A DNA stretch of 64,000 nt, from assembly GCA_963663545.1 (NCBI GenBank), contig OY760505.1, positions 320,001 through 384,000 on the forward strand. The letters run 5' to 3'. The DNA comes from Candidatus Delongbacteria bacterium. Lineage in GTDB: Bacteria; CAIWAD01. Shown here one piece after another: positions 41,925-51,017 of this stretch (within the stretch, counting starts at the first letter, position 1; the number at the start of each line of letters is the position of its first letter). Below the pieces are notes generated by a model. The model had not been told where the DNA came from. It ran no database searches and was given only the letters and a program-made list of their open reading frames with translations. Made by a program: the position numbers and the translations under genes.

Positions 41925-42914
41925 CTACGCGACTTGGATAGTGTCCAGGATACGACGCAGCACGTCGTCCGCCTTCAGTTCCTCGGCCTCGGCCTCGTAG
42001 CTGAGTCCGATGCGGTGACGCATCACGGGCAGCGCCACCTGCTTGACGTCGTCGGGTGTCACAAAACCGCGACGACGCAGGAAGGCCATCGCGCGAGCGG
42101 CGCGGGCCAGATAAATTGTAGCACGCGGACTGGCACCGTACTCCAGCAGCGGGGCTACATCCTTCAGGCCGTAGCGTTCGGGCTCGCGAGTGCAGAAGAC
42201 CAGATCGAGGATGTAGTCTTCGACCTTCTGCTCCAGCAGAATCTGCTGAGTCAGCTCGCGGGCGGCGATGATCTTCGCCGGATCACAAACCGCGCTCACG
42301 GCGGCGGCAAAGGCGCCCGTGTTACGGCGCAGAATCTCGCGTTCCTCGTCGCGTTCGGGGTAGTCGATGAGCACTTTCAGCATGAAGCGGTCCACCTGGG
42401 CCTCGGGCAGCGGGTACGTGCCTTCTTGCTCCAGGGGGTTCTGGGTGGCCATGACCAGGAAGGGCTGCGGCAGCGGCATGGTTTCACCGCCGATGCTCAC
42501 CTGGCGCTCCTGCATGGCTTCCAAAAGCGCGCTTTGCACCTTGGCCGGGCTGCGGTTGATCTCGTCGGCCAGCACCAGATTGGCGAAGACCGGTCCTTTG
42601 CGCGTGTGGAAATCGCCGGTGCGCTGATCGTAAATCTGCGTTCCCACCAGGTCGGCGGGCAGCAGGTCGGGGGTAAACTGGATTCGCGCAAAGCTCGTGT
42701 CGATGGCCTTGGAGAGCGTGGCGATGGCCGTGGTTTTGGCCAGGCCGGGAACGCCTTCCAGCAGAATGTGGCCGTCCGCCAGCAGCCCCAGCAGCAGGCC
42801 TTCGAACATGCGGCGCTGCCCCACCAGCACCTTGCGCACTTCCTGATCCAGCTCCGTCAGAAAGCCCGAGGCTTCCTCTACGCGACGTGAAAGTTCCATG
42901 GCATCCAGTTGCAT
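41925..42914 (-). CDS. moxR: MoxR family AAA+ ATPase
   Basis: GVPGLAKT, RIQFTPDLLPAD, DEINR, ATQNPLEQEGTYPLPEAQVDRF, GASPR. Confidence 0.95.
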   Translation of the reverse strand: MQLDAMELSRRVEEASGFLTELDQEVRKVLVGQRRMFEGLLLGLLADGHILLEGVPGLAKTTAIATLSKAIDTSFARIQFTPDLLPADLVGTQIYDQRTGDFHTRKGPVFANLVLADEINRSPAKVQSALLEAMQERQVSIGGETMPLPQPFLVMATQNPLEQEGTYPLPEAQVDRFMLKVLIDYPERDEEREILRRNTGAFAAAVSAVCDPAKIIAARELTQQILLEQKVEDYILDLVFCTREPERYGLKDVAPLLEYGASPRATIYLARAARAMAFLRRRGFVTPDDVKQVALPVMRHRIGLSYEAEAEELKADDVLRRILDTIQVA

Positions 42915-43025
42915 CCTAGCACCTATCTACTTCTAAACTGTTTGTGTAATACAAACAGCCCCCGGTTGGAGGCTGTGAAAGAAATTGCAGGCTTGTGTAC
43001 GCTCTCTTGCGGCGCAAGTTCCCGC

Positions 43026-43418
43026 TCACTCGCTTTCGGAGTCCTGCAGGAAATCCACCTCGCTGATATCGCTGCCAAGATGCTGCAACTCCCACTCCGC
43101 AGACGCGCGCAGGCCCTCGTCGGCGGTGGGGTATTTACTCAGGAATTCCTGATACGCCTCACGCGCCTTCAGAGTATCCTGCAGATCATTGGCATAGATG
43201 AAGCCGATCATGAAGGCACAGCGGGAGGCCTGCTCGCTCTCAGGGCAGTTCTGCACGTGCGTCTTGAAGGCTTCCAGTGCCTCCACCAGCTTGCGATCCT
43301 GATAGTATTTCTCAGCCTGGGCGAAGAGCTGGTCGCAATCGGGCTTACTGCTGCAGGCGGCAAGCAGAACCAATCCGCACAAGAGCACTGACAAGTGCAC
43401 CAAACGCTTCCGAATCAT
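43026..43418 (-). CDS. Small TPR lipoprotein (YbgF/BamD-like)
   Basis: GGGAG RBS, MIRKRL..LLAAC lipobox, TPR pairs with YQEFLSKYP. Confidence 0.75.
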   Translation of the reverse strand: MIRKRLVHLSVLLCGLVLLAACSSKPDCDQLFAQAEKYYQDRKLVEALEAFKTHVQNCPESEQASRCAFMIGFIYANDLQDTLKAREAYQEFLSKYPTADEGLRASAEWELQHLGSDISEVDFLQDSESE

Positions 43419-43524
43419 GACATCTCCCGTTCTTTCACGAAGCCATGCCGATCCCCATGCCGGGGCGGACGGAGGTCCAAGATACAAAAGATGAGCAGAG
43501 GGGAAAACAGCCGTGATACAACGC

Positions 43525-43655
43525 CCCTCCCATCGGTATCGGTATCGCTGCCGACGCCCAAGGCGTCGGATCGGTATCGGTGCCGACGCCCAAGGCGCCA
43601 GGCCGACTCTTCGAGTCGGATCGGGATCGAAATCGACTTCGGAGTCGCAATCGGA
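43525..43655. repeat. Hexamer (tcggta) repeat element with small hairpins and an internal ~26-nt direct repeat
   Basis: cccctcccatcggtatcggtatcg..., tgccgacgcccaaggcg twice, ccgactcttcgagtcgg. Confidence 0.65.
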
Positions 43656-43836
43656 AGGAAGAGAATCACTCTCGCCAAGCACGCGAAGCACGCAAAGAAG
43701 AAAGTGACGGTTCAAGAGCGCTGTATGAGAGTAGGAGCTAGCTGAAATGCGATTGCTCAAAACTCGCCAAGAAAAGGATGGTTGAGCGGTTTCGGTCAGT
43801 AACAAAGCAACCTTCACCCAGTAACCAGGGGCGTAA

Positions 43837-43870
43837 CAAAACCCCCGACGGCACACGGTGCCATCGGGGG
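43837..43870 (-). terminator. GC-rich hairpin/terminator after FGE paralog 1
   Basis: cccccgatggcac-cgt-gtgccgtcggggg followed by ttttg. Confidence 0.7.
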
Positions 43871-43913
43871 CAAGAATCGTTCTCTCAAGAACCAAGGGGA
43901 CAAAACCCAAGGG

Positions 43914-45128
43914 TCAAAACACCGTGCGGGCGGCGCGGAAACCCACGCTGCCGGACGTGTACGTCGGGTAGTTGTCGATGTGGGGCGCACACCGAACGTA
44001 CGCGGCATCGTTGTACCAGCCGCCACCCCGAAGCACACGGGTGGAGCCGCCTGTAATTCCGTATGGGTCAGATTGAGTGGAGCTGCTGTAGCTCCCATAC
44101 CAATCACCGCACCACTCCCAGACATTGCCCGCCAGGTCGTAGAAACCACGACCCGTCGCAGGATAACTGCCCACAGGGGTGGACCAGCCCACACAGTAGT
44201 TGTAGTTCAACCGCTCGCAGGTCGGCAACTCACTACCCCAGGGGTACTCTCTCTCATCGTCCCACTGGGCGGCGTACTCCCACTCCGCCTCCGTGGGTAG
44301 GCGGTAGCCCTGGGCGAGATAGGGATCATGGCTGGCGCTTTGATTCCAGTTGCCCTGGTAGAATGCTGGCAGACCTTCCATCAGACTGCGCCAGTCGCAG
44401 TAGCAGGCGGCACCGCACCAGCTGACTTCGATCGCCGGGTGATCGGCCGGGTCGTAGCCGTCCGGGTAGGCAAAGCCGGGTCCCCAGGTGCCATTGTTGT
44501 ACGTACGCGCCACCAGGTAGAACTGCTGGGTGCCCGTGTTAAAGGCGATCTCGCAGTAGTTGGTGTCATCCAGATCGAACAGCTCTACCCCGTAGGCCTG
44601 CACGCTGCTGCTGCTGGCGCTCACCAGGCCCTGGCCGAGCGCCCACTGCAGGGCGTCCATGTACTCCGCGTTGGTCACTTCGTGGGCGTCTAGGTAGAAG
44701 TCGTGGGTCAGGTGTACCGTGTGTTCGGGTGTGATTACACCAGCCTGCCCCATCATGAAGCTGCCGGCGGGAACGAGCACCATGTCCTCCGGAGCCATTG
44801 CTTCCGCATCAACACGCACCACCGCATTCTCGTGATACACACTGCCCAGCCAGGCCTGCAGGTTGATGCTGGCGAAGTGTTCTCCGACGAGCATCTCGCC
44901 GAAGTCGCCCCCAAGGTACGGGTCGGGAACGGCCGTGAAGCTCACGCCTCCGTCCAGGGAGAGCAGCAGGCTGATGTTCGCGTCCTGGTCCGCCAGCCGG
45001 TAGTGCACCTGCAGCCAGCCGGGCGTGTTGCTGTCCTGGTAAAAACTTACCTCAGACACCGTCTGCGCCGCCACGAAACCTGCCAGCAGCAGCGTCCACA
45101 GCAGGGCGATCATTGTACTCCTGTTCAT
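43914..45128 (-). CDS. FGE-sulfatase (C-type lectin fold) protein 1, N-terminal Ig/FN3-like domain type I
   Basis: Signal peptide, VPAGSFMMG, HEVTN, YRLPTEAEWEYAA, DLAGNVWEW, RVLRGG, GFR. Confidence 0.9.
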   Translation of the reverse strand: MNRSTMIALLWTLLLAGFVAAQTVSEVSFYQDSNTPGWLQVHYRLADQDANISLLLSLDGGVSFTAVPDPYLGGDFGEMLVGEHFASINLQAWLGSVYHENAVVRVDAEAMAPEDMVLVPAGSFMMGQAGVITPEHTVHLTHDFYLDAHEVTNAEYMDALQWALGQGLVSASSSSVQAYGVELFDLDDTNYCEIAFNTGTQQFYLVARTYNNGTWGPGFAYPDGYDPADHPAIEVSWCGAACYCDWRSLMEGLPAFYQGNWNQSASHDPYLAQGYRLPTEAEWEYAAQWDDEREYPWGSELPTCERLNYNYCVGWSTPVGSYPATGRGFYDLAGNVWEWCGDWYGSYSSSTQSDPYGITGGSTRVLRGGGWYNDAAYVRCAPHIDNYPTYTSGSVGFRAARTVF

Positions 45129-45137
45129 CTTCCCCCC

Positions 45138-45812
45138 CTACTTCAGCAAAGTGATTTTGTGCTGGGCGACACAATCACCCGCCTGCAGACGTACGATGTA
45201 GATGCCGCTGGCCAGCGCGCTTCCGATAAAGAGCGCCTGGTGCTCGCCGCTGTTCTGCAGGCCGTGATACAAGTCCGCCACCCTCTGTCCACGCAGGTTG
45301 TAAACGCAAAGGGAAGTCTCCTCCGTCTGCGCCAGCACATAGTGGATCACCGTGCCGGGGTTGAAGGGATTGGGGTGTGCGCCCAGCAGCGCAAAACTGG
45401 CTGGCTGCTCATCGGCGGAAGCAACGGCCTCTTCGATCACCTCGAACTCCGTCGACCAGAGCTCGCCTACATTGCCGCAGGCGTCCTGTACGTGAAAGTG
45501 AAACTGGTAGAAGCCCAGCTCCAGCTCGCAGGGCCAGTCGAAGTTGGCGCCGTAGCCCAGGGTCGTGTGCATGGGAACGCTGAGGCCAGCGCCCTCGGCA
45601 GTAATCGTGACCAGCGGCGCTTGCGCGCTCTGATCCGTCACACTGTATTCGACATAGATATCGGTGCCTTGGACGATCTGCGCGTCCAGCACGCTGTCCA
45701 GCGAAACCTGCGGCGCGACGGTGTCAATGACGCCGGGTGCGCTGTCGGCATAGCTGGCAAAAAGGGACGGGCAAGCGAGAAGGCTCGCCAGCACCAGAGT
45801 GCGGTAGTACAT
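45138..45812 (-). CDS. Small secreted Ig-domain + T9SS-type CTD protein (adaptor 1)
   Basis: Signal peptide, SYADSAPGVIDTVAP, Ig domain ending DACGN..STEFEV, AHPNPFNP...KITLLK. Confidence 0.85.
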   Translation of the reverse strand: MYYRTLVLASLLACPSLFASYADSAPGVIDTVAPQVSLDSVLDAQIVQGTDIYVEYSVTDQSAQAPLVTITAEGAGLSVPMHTTLGYGANFDWPCELELGFYQFHFHVQDACGNVGELWSTEFEVIEEAVASADEQPASFALLGAHPNPFNPGTVIHYVLAQTEETSLCVYNLRGQRVADLYHGLQNSGEHQALFIGSALASGIYIVRLQAGDCVAQHKITLLK

Positions 45813-45906
45813 ACTCTCTCCTCGAACCTGGGGTGAATCCCTGGCACACGGTGTTGTGCAGTGCTTTGTTGCTCCTGGGAATGGATGATTCTGCTATAAC
45901 TGTCCG

Positions 45907-45922
45907 AGCAAGCCGTATGCCA
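45907..45922 (-). promoter_or_regulatory. Sigma-54 promoter, module 1
   Basis: TGGCATACGGCTTGCT. Confidence 0.7.
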
Positions 45923-46161
45923 ACGGAGCATTATCGTTTACGGGCGCTAAGTGTTTGTTCCTTGCTTTAATATTTCCTGGGTGTGTGGGCGTGGAGCGCG
46001 CGCTGGTGCCGGATCTGGTACAATCTCCCCGACAGTCCAGACACAACAGCGCAGCTGTAGCCGATGCCCGGGCAACCATCGCAGCTCCCACAGAGCGCAA
46101 CGGCAAAGGCTCGGCCAGAAGTTGTTGCTTCCATCAGGCGTGCGCGACTGCCGGACAGAGG

Positions 46162-46191
46162 CAAGCGGCCCGTCGGCTGACGGGTCGCTTG
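46162..46191. terminator. Hairpin after FGE paralog 2
   Basis: caagcggcccgtc-ggct-gacgggtcgcttg. Confidence 0.6.
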
Positions 46192-46229
46192 ATTTTTCTT
46201 GCGGGCCATGCCCGGCATGTGATACAAGA

Positions 46230-47468
46230 TCAGGGATTGGCGGTACGGCAGACGCGGAAGCCCACGTGGCCGCTCGTGCGCGACGGGGAGTAGTGGCCGT
46301 CGCGATACGCACACCGGACGTACTCGGCAGCGTGGTTCCAGCTGCCACCCCGAATCACGCGGTAGGAGCTGCTCGATATTCCGTATGGATTCGACTGTGC
46401 CGAACTGCTATAGTTGCCATACCAATCACCGCACCACTCCCCGACATTGCCCGCCAGGTCATAAAACCCGCGGCCAGATGGCGGATAGCTGCCTACGGGC
46501 GAGGTCCAGCCCACGCAGTAGCTGCTGCCGTTGTAGTAGTTCAGCAACGCGCAGTCGGGTGGTTCATTACCCCAGGGATAGCTGCGTTCGTCGTTCCACT
46601 GTGCCGCGTACTCCCACTCGGCCTCCGTGGGCAGGCGATAGCCCTGCGCCGTGTATGGATCATGGCTGGCCGACTGATTCCAGTTGCCCTGGTAGAATGC
46701 CGGCAGACCCTCCATCAAACTGCGCCAGTCGCAATAGCAGGCTGCCCCGTACCAGCTCACTTCCTTCACCGGGTGATCGGCCGGGTCATAGCCGCCGGGG
46801 TAGGCAAAGCCAGGACCCGAGAAGCCGCTGGTGTACGAGCGTGCCACCAGATAGAACTGCTGGGTATTGGTGTTGAAGCCGATCTCGCAAAAGCTCGTGG
46901 CATACAGGTCAAGCAGCTCTACCCCGTAGGCCTGCACGCTGCTGCTGGTTACGCTAACCAGCCCCTGGTTGAACGCCCACTGCATCGCGGCCAGATACTC
47001 GGCGTTGGTCACTTCATGGGTATCCAGGTAAAAATCTTGCGTCAGCGTGACTGTGTGTTCGGGTGTGGCCACATCAGAATCAGACTCGCCCATCACGAAG
47101 CTTCCGGCGGGAACGAGGATCATGCTCACCAGAGCCGCCGCTTCCGCATCAACACGCACCACCGCATTCTCGTGATACACGCTGCCCAGCCAGGCCTGCA
47201 GGTTGATGCTGGCGAAGTGTTCGCCGACGAGCATCTCGCCGAAGTCGCCCCCGAGGTACTGGTCGGGAACGGCCGTGAAGCTCACGCCGCCGTCCAGGGA
47301 GAGCAGCAGGCTGATATTCGCATCCTGCTCTGCCAGCGTGTAATGCACCGTCACTAGCCCGCTGCCGTCCTGCGCCTGAGCAAAGCTCACATCTGACACC
47401 GTTTGCGCCGCAGCAAAGCCTGCCAGCAATAGCGTCCACAGCAGGGCGATCATTGTATTTCGATTCAT
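46230..47468 (-). CDS. FGE-sulfatase protein 2 (type I N-domain)
   Basis: Same motifs as paralog 1. Confidence 0.9.
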   Translation of the reverse strand: MNRNTMIALLWTLLLAGFAAAQTVSDVSFAQAQDGSGLVTVHYTLAEQDANISLLLSLDGGVSFTAVPDQYLGGDFGEMLVGEHFASINLQAWLGSVYHENAVVRVDAEAAALVSMILVPAGSFVMGESDSDVATPEHTVTLTQDFYLDTHEVTNAEYLAAMQWAFNQGLVSVTSSSVQAYGVELLDLYATSFCEIGFNTNTQQFYLVARSYTSGFSGPGFAYPGGYDPADHPVKEVSWYGAACYCDWRSLMEGLPAFYQGNWNQSASHDPYTAQGYRLPTEAEWEYAAQWNDERSYPWGNEPPDCALLNYYNGSSYCVGWTSPVGSYPPSGRGFYDLAGNVGEWCGDWYGNYSSSAQSNPYGISSSSYRVIRGGSWNHAAEYVRCAYRDGHYSPSRTSGHVGFRVCRTANP

Positions 47469-47477
47469 GCTTTCCCC

Positions 47478-48152
47478 CTACTTCAGCAAAGTGATTTTCT
47501 GCTGGGCCACGCGCTCGCCCGCCTGCAGACGTACGATGTAGATGCCGCTGGCCAGCGCGCTGCCGTCAAAGAGCGCCTGGTGCTCGCCGCTGTCCTGCAG
47601 GCCGTGGTACAATTCCGCCACACGCTGACCGCGCAGGTTGTAGACCTCGAGCGAAGCCTCGGCGGTCTGCGCCAGTGCGTAGCGAATCACCGTGCCGGGG
47701 TTGAAGGGGTTGGGATGCGCGCCCAACAGCGCAAAGCTGGCCGGCTGCTCATCGGCGGAAGCAACGGCCTCTTCGATCACCTCGAACTCCGTCGACCAGA
47801 GCTCGCCTACATTGCCGCAGGCGTCCTGTACGTGAAAGTGAAACTGGTAGATGCCCAGCTCTAGCTCACAGGGCCAGTTGAAGTTGGCGCCGTAGCCCAG
47901 GGTTGTGTGCATGGGAACGCTGAGGCCAGCGCCCTCGGCTGTAATTGTGACCAGCGGCGCTTGCGCGCTCTGGTCTGTCACGCTGTACTCAACGTAGACG
48001 TCGGTGCCGTAGACGATCTGCGCGTCCAGCACGCTGTCCAGCGAAACCTGTGGCGCAACGGTGTCAATGACGCCGGGTGCGCTGTCGGCATAGCTGGCAA
48101 AAAGGGACGGGCAGGCGAGAAGGCTCGCCAGCACCAAAGTGCGGTAGTACAT
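47478..48152 (-). CDS. Adaptor 2 (Ig + T9SS-type CTD)
   Basis: Near-identical to adaptor 1; GAGGAGAG RBS before MYYR. Confidence 0.85.
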   Translation of the reverse strand: MYYRTLVLASLLACPSLFASYADSAPGVIDTVAPQVSLDSVLDAQIVYGTDVYVEYSVTDQSAQAPLVTITAEGAGLSVPMHTTLGYGANFNWPCELELGIYQFHFHVQDACGNVGELWSTEFEVIEEAVASADEQPASFALLGAHPNPFNPGTVIRYALAQTAEASLEVYNLRGQRVAELYHGLQDSGEHQALFDGSALASGIYIVRLQAGERVAQQKITLLK

Positions 48153-48249
48153 ACTCTCTCCTCGAATCCGTGCGAATCCCTCACAGTGGCGCTGCGGCAG
48201 GATTCTGTGTTTGCTGAAAACGAAATCTGATTTTGCTGCTACGCTTGAT

Positions 48250-48265
48250 TGCAAGCTTCATACCA
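48250..48265 (-). promoter_or_regulatory. Sigma-54 promoter, module 2
   Basis: TGGTATGAAGCTTGCA. Confidence 0.7.
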
Positions 48266-48465
48266 ATTCCTGCAATGCGTGCCGGAATTGGCAACTGTTA
48301 TAATTCCAAGTAGATGCTTCGCTAATTCGGTGTTGCAGAAATGCAAGTGTGCCGGATACGCGACAGAAGTACAGAACAGCGCGAACACTATTACGCCTGC
48401 GGCGGGAATGGGACACGGCTTTGGAGGGTGGACCGATTCAGGTGCCTTGTCTGTGCACACAAAGA

Positions 48466-48493
48466 AAGCGACCCGCCGACTAACGGGTCGCTT
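48466..48493 (-). terminator. Hairpin/terminator after FGE paralog 3
   Basis: Minus strand aagcgacccg-ttagtcgg-cgggtcgctt followed by tcttt. Confidence 0.6.
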
Positions 48494-48532
48494 GATTTTC
48501 CTTGCGGGCCATGCCCGGCATGTGATACAAGA

Positions 48533-49753
48533 TCAGGGATTGGCCGTACGGCAGACGCGGAAGCCCACTTGGTAGCTCATTCCATTCGGGCTGTTGCCAT
48601 TGCGGTACGCACACCGGACGTACGTGGCAGAGCTGCTCCAGGCTCCACCTCGACGCACGCGAGCATTAATGCCATCAATTCCGTATGGATTGGATTGAGG
48701 GGAGCTGCTGTAGCTTCCAAACCAATCTCCGCACCACTCATAGAGATTGCCCGCCATGTCGCAGAAGCCAAGGTCTGTAGCCGGATAACTGCCCACCGGG
48801 GTGGTCCAGGCCACACAGTTGTTGTAGTTCAACCGCTCGCAGATCGGCAAGTCATTGCCCCAGGGGTATTCTCTATTATCGTCCCACTGGGCGGCGTACT
48901 CCCACTCTGCCTCCGTGGGTAGGCGGTAGCCCAGGGCCAGATAAGGATCATGGCTCAGGTCTTGATTCCAGTTGCCCTGGTAGAAGGCGGGTAGGCCATC
49001 CATCAGGCTGCGCCAGTCGCAATAGCAGGCGGCGCCGAACCAGCTGACTTCCTTCACCGGGTGATTAGCCGGGTCGTAGCCGTCGGGATAGGCAACGCCG
49101 GGCCCCCATAAGCCACCGCTCGTGCGCGCAACCAGATAGAACTGCTGGATGCTGGCATCGAAGGCAATCTCGCAGTAGTCGGTAGCGTTCAGGTCCAGCA
49201 GCTGCTTACCATAGGCCTGCACGCTGCTGCTGCTGGCGGTCACCAGGCCCTGGTTGTACGCCCACTGCAGCGCGGCCAGGTACTCGGCATTGGTCACCTC
49301 GCAGCGTCCCAGGTAGAAGTCGTTCGTTAGTGTGACCTGATGCTCAGGTGATGAAAAATATATGCCCTCCTGCCCCATCATGTAGCTGCCGGCGGGAACG
49401 AGGATCATGCTCACCAGAGCCGCCGCTTCCGCATCAACACGCACCACCGCATTCTCGTGATACACGCTGCCCAGCCAGGCCTGCAGGTTGATGCTGGCGA
49501 AGTGTTCTCCGACGAGCATCTCGCCGAAGTCGCCCCCAAGGTACTGGTCGGGAACGGCCGTGAAGCTCACGCCTCCGTCCAGGGAGAGCAGCAGGCTGAT
49601 GTTCGCGTCCTGGTCCGCCAGCCGGTAGTGCACCTGTAGCCAGCCGGGTGTGGTACTGTCCTGATAAAAGCCCACTTCCGACACGGTTTGCGCCATCGTG
49701 ACACACGCCATCAGCAGTCCGAGCAGCAGGGCGATGCAGGTAGTCTTCTTCAT
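48533..49753 (-). CDS. FGE-sulfatase protein 3 (type I N-domain)
   Basis: Same motifs as paralog 1. Confidence 0.9.
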   Translation of the reverse strand: MKKTTCIALLLGLLMACVTMAQTVSEVGFYQDSTTPGWLQVHYRLADQDANISLLLSLDGGVSFTAVPDQYLGGDFGEMLVGEHFASINLQAWLGSVYHENAVVRVDAEAAALVSMILVPAGSYMMGQEGIYFSSPEHQVTLTNDFYLGRCEVTNAEYLAALQWAYNQGLVTASSSSVQAYGKQLLDLNATDYCEIAFDASIQQFYLVARTSGGLWGPGVAYPDGYDPANHPVKEVSWFGAACYCDWRSLMDGLPAFYQGNWNQDLSHDPYLALGYRLPTEAEWEYAAQWDDNREYPWGNDLPICERLNYNNCVAWTTPVGSYPATDLGFCDMAGNLYEWCGDWFGSYSSSPQSNPYGIDGINARVRRGGAWSSSATYVRCAYRNGNSPNGMSYQVGFRVCRTANP

Positions 49754-49766
49754 TTCTCTTCCCCCC

Positions 49767-50441
49767 CTACTTCAGCAAAGTGATTTTGTGCTGGGCCACG
49801 CGCTCGCCCGCCTGCAGCCGTACGATGTAGATGCCGCTGGCCAGCGCGCTGCCGTCGAAAAAGACCTGGTGCTCGCCGCTGTCCTGCAGGCCGTGATACA
49901 AGTCCGCCACCCGCTGTCCACGCAGGTTGTAGACGCAGAGGGAAGTCTCCTCCGTCTGCGCCAGCGCATAGTGGATTACCGTGCCTGGGTTGAAGGGGTT
50001 GGGATGTGCTCCCAACAGCGCAAAACTGGCTGGCTGCTCATCGGCGGAAGCAACGGCCTCTTCGATCACCTCGAACTCTGTCGACCACGTGTCACAGAAG
50101 TTGCCGCAGGCGTCCTGTACGTGAAAGTGAAACTGGTAAATGCCTAGCTCCAGCTCGCAGGGCCAGTTGAAGTTGGCGCCGTAGCCCAGGGTTGTGTGCA
50201 TGGGAACGCTGAGGCCAGCGCCCTCGGCAGTAATTGTGACCAGCGGCGCTTGCGCGCTCTGATCCGTCACGCTGTACTCAACGTAGACGTCGGTGCCTTG
50301 GACGAGCTGCGCGTCCAGCACGCTGTCCAGCGAAACCTGCGGTGCGACGGTGTCAATGACGCCGGGTGCGCTGTCGGCATAGCTGGCAAAAAGGGACGGG
50401 CAGGCGAGAAGGCAAGCAAGCATCAACGTGCGAACAGTCAT
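49767..50441 (-). CDS. Adaptor 3 (Ig + T9SS-type CTD)
   Basis: Near-identical to adaptor 1; GAGGAG RBS before MTVR. Confidence 0.85.
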   Translation of the reverse strand: MTVRTLMLACLLACPSLFASYADSAPGVIDTVAPQVSLDSVLDAQLVQGTDVYVEYSVTDQSAQAPLVTITAEGAGLSVPMHTTLGYGANFNWPCELELGIYQFHFHVQDACGNFCDTWSTEFEVIEEAVASADEQPASFALLGAHPNPFNPGTVIHYALAQTEETSLCVYNLRGQRVADLYHGLQDSGEHQVFFDGSALASGIYIVRLQAGERVAQHKITLLK

Positions 50442-50534
50442 GATCACTCCTCGATTCCGCACAGTCTTACACCTAGCTGTAGGCTGCGGTGAATGCTGTT
50501 GTAGGTTATAGATCGATTTTGCTGAAGCGCAGAG

Positions 50535-50550
50535 CGCAAATGATGTGCCA
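50535..50550 (-). promoter_or_regulatory. Sigma-54 promoter, module 3
   Basis: TGGCACATCATTTGCG. Confidence 0.7.
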
Positions 50551-50799
50551 TTTTCGTCACACACCTTCGCGTTTGAACAATTGTTCAAATTTCAAGCAGA
50601 TAGCAACCAGAGAATTGAGGAAGAAAAGGCCTCGTGTGCCGGATTTTCTACAGAATTAGGCTCAGACTGAACAATATTTCGCGAACCTTTCCATTGCTTG
50701 GTGGATATCGAGCCAGAATGCCGAAGCTCCATCCATGTACGCACAACGGGCACTTCTACTCGTGCACAGAGCAAGGCGACCCGCCAGCTGACGGGTCGC

Positions 50800-51003
50800 A
50801 GAAGGTTCGAATTCCAAAACATGAAGGCAGCCAACTGTATCCGGTCACGGCTGGAAGCCCCTCCCTCAGGCTTAGCCAGTCGCAATAACAGGCGGCGCCG
50901 TGCCAGCGGACTTCCTTCACCGGGTGAGAGGTGCTTCCAGAGCGCGGGTGAGCCCCGAAGCCAACAGCAGAAGCAGAGCAAACAGTGTTGTGAGCTTCCT
51001 CAT
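50800..51003 (-). pseudogene. Internally deleted FGE-sulfatase paralog remnant
   Basis: RBS + MRKLTTLFALLLLLASGLTRALEAP joined out of frame to HPVKEVRWHGAACYCDWLSLREGLPA, then the family hairpin at 50776-50799. Confidence 0.8.
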
Positions 51004-51017
51004 GGTCTCCTCTCAAG

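Noticed and set aside
43525-43700. CRISPR array
   Set aside because: Only two short direct repeats without regular unique spacers, and no cas genes; the nearby 9-nt repeat (cgccaagca/cgcgaagca) is also too short
35853-47357. Long antisense ORFs (e.g. 35853..37457, 41856..42890, 45951..47357)
   Set aside because: Shadow ORFs opposite well-supported genes in high-GC DNA, with no recognisable motifs
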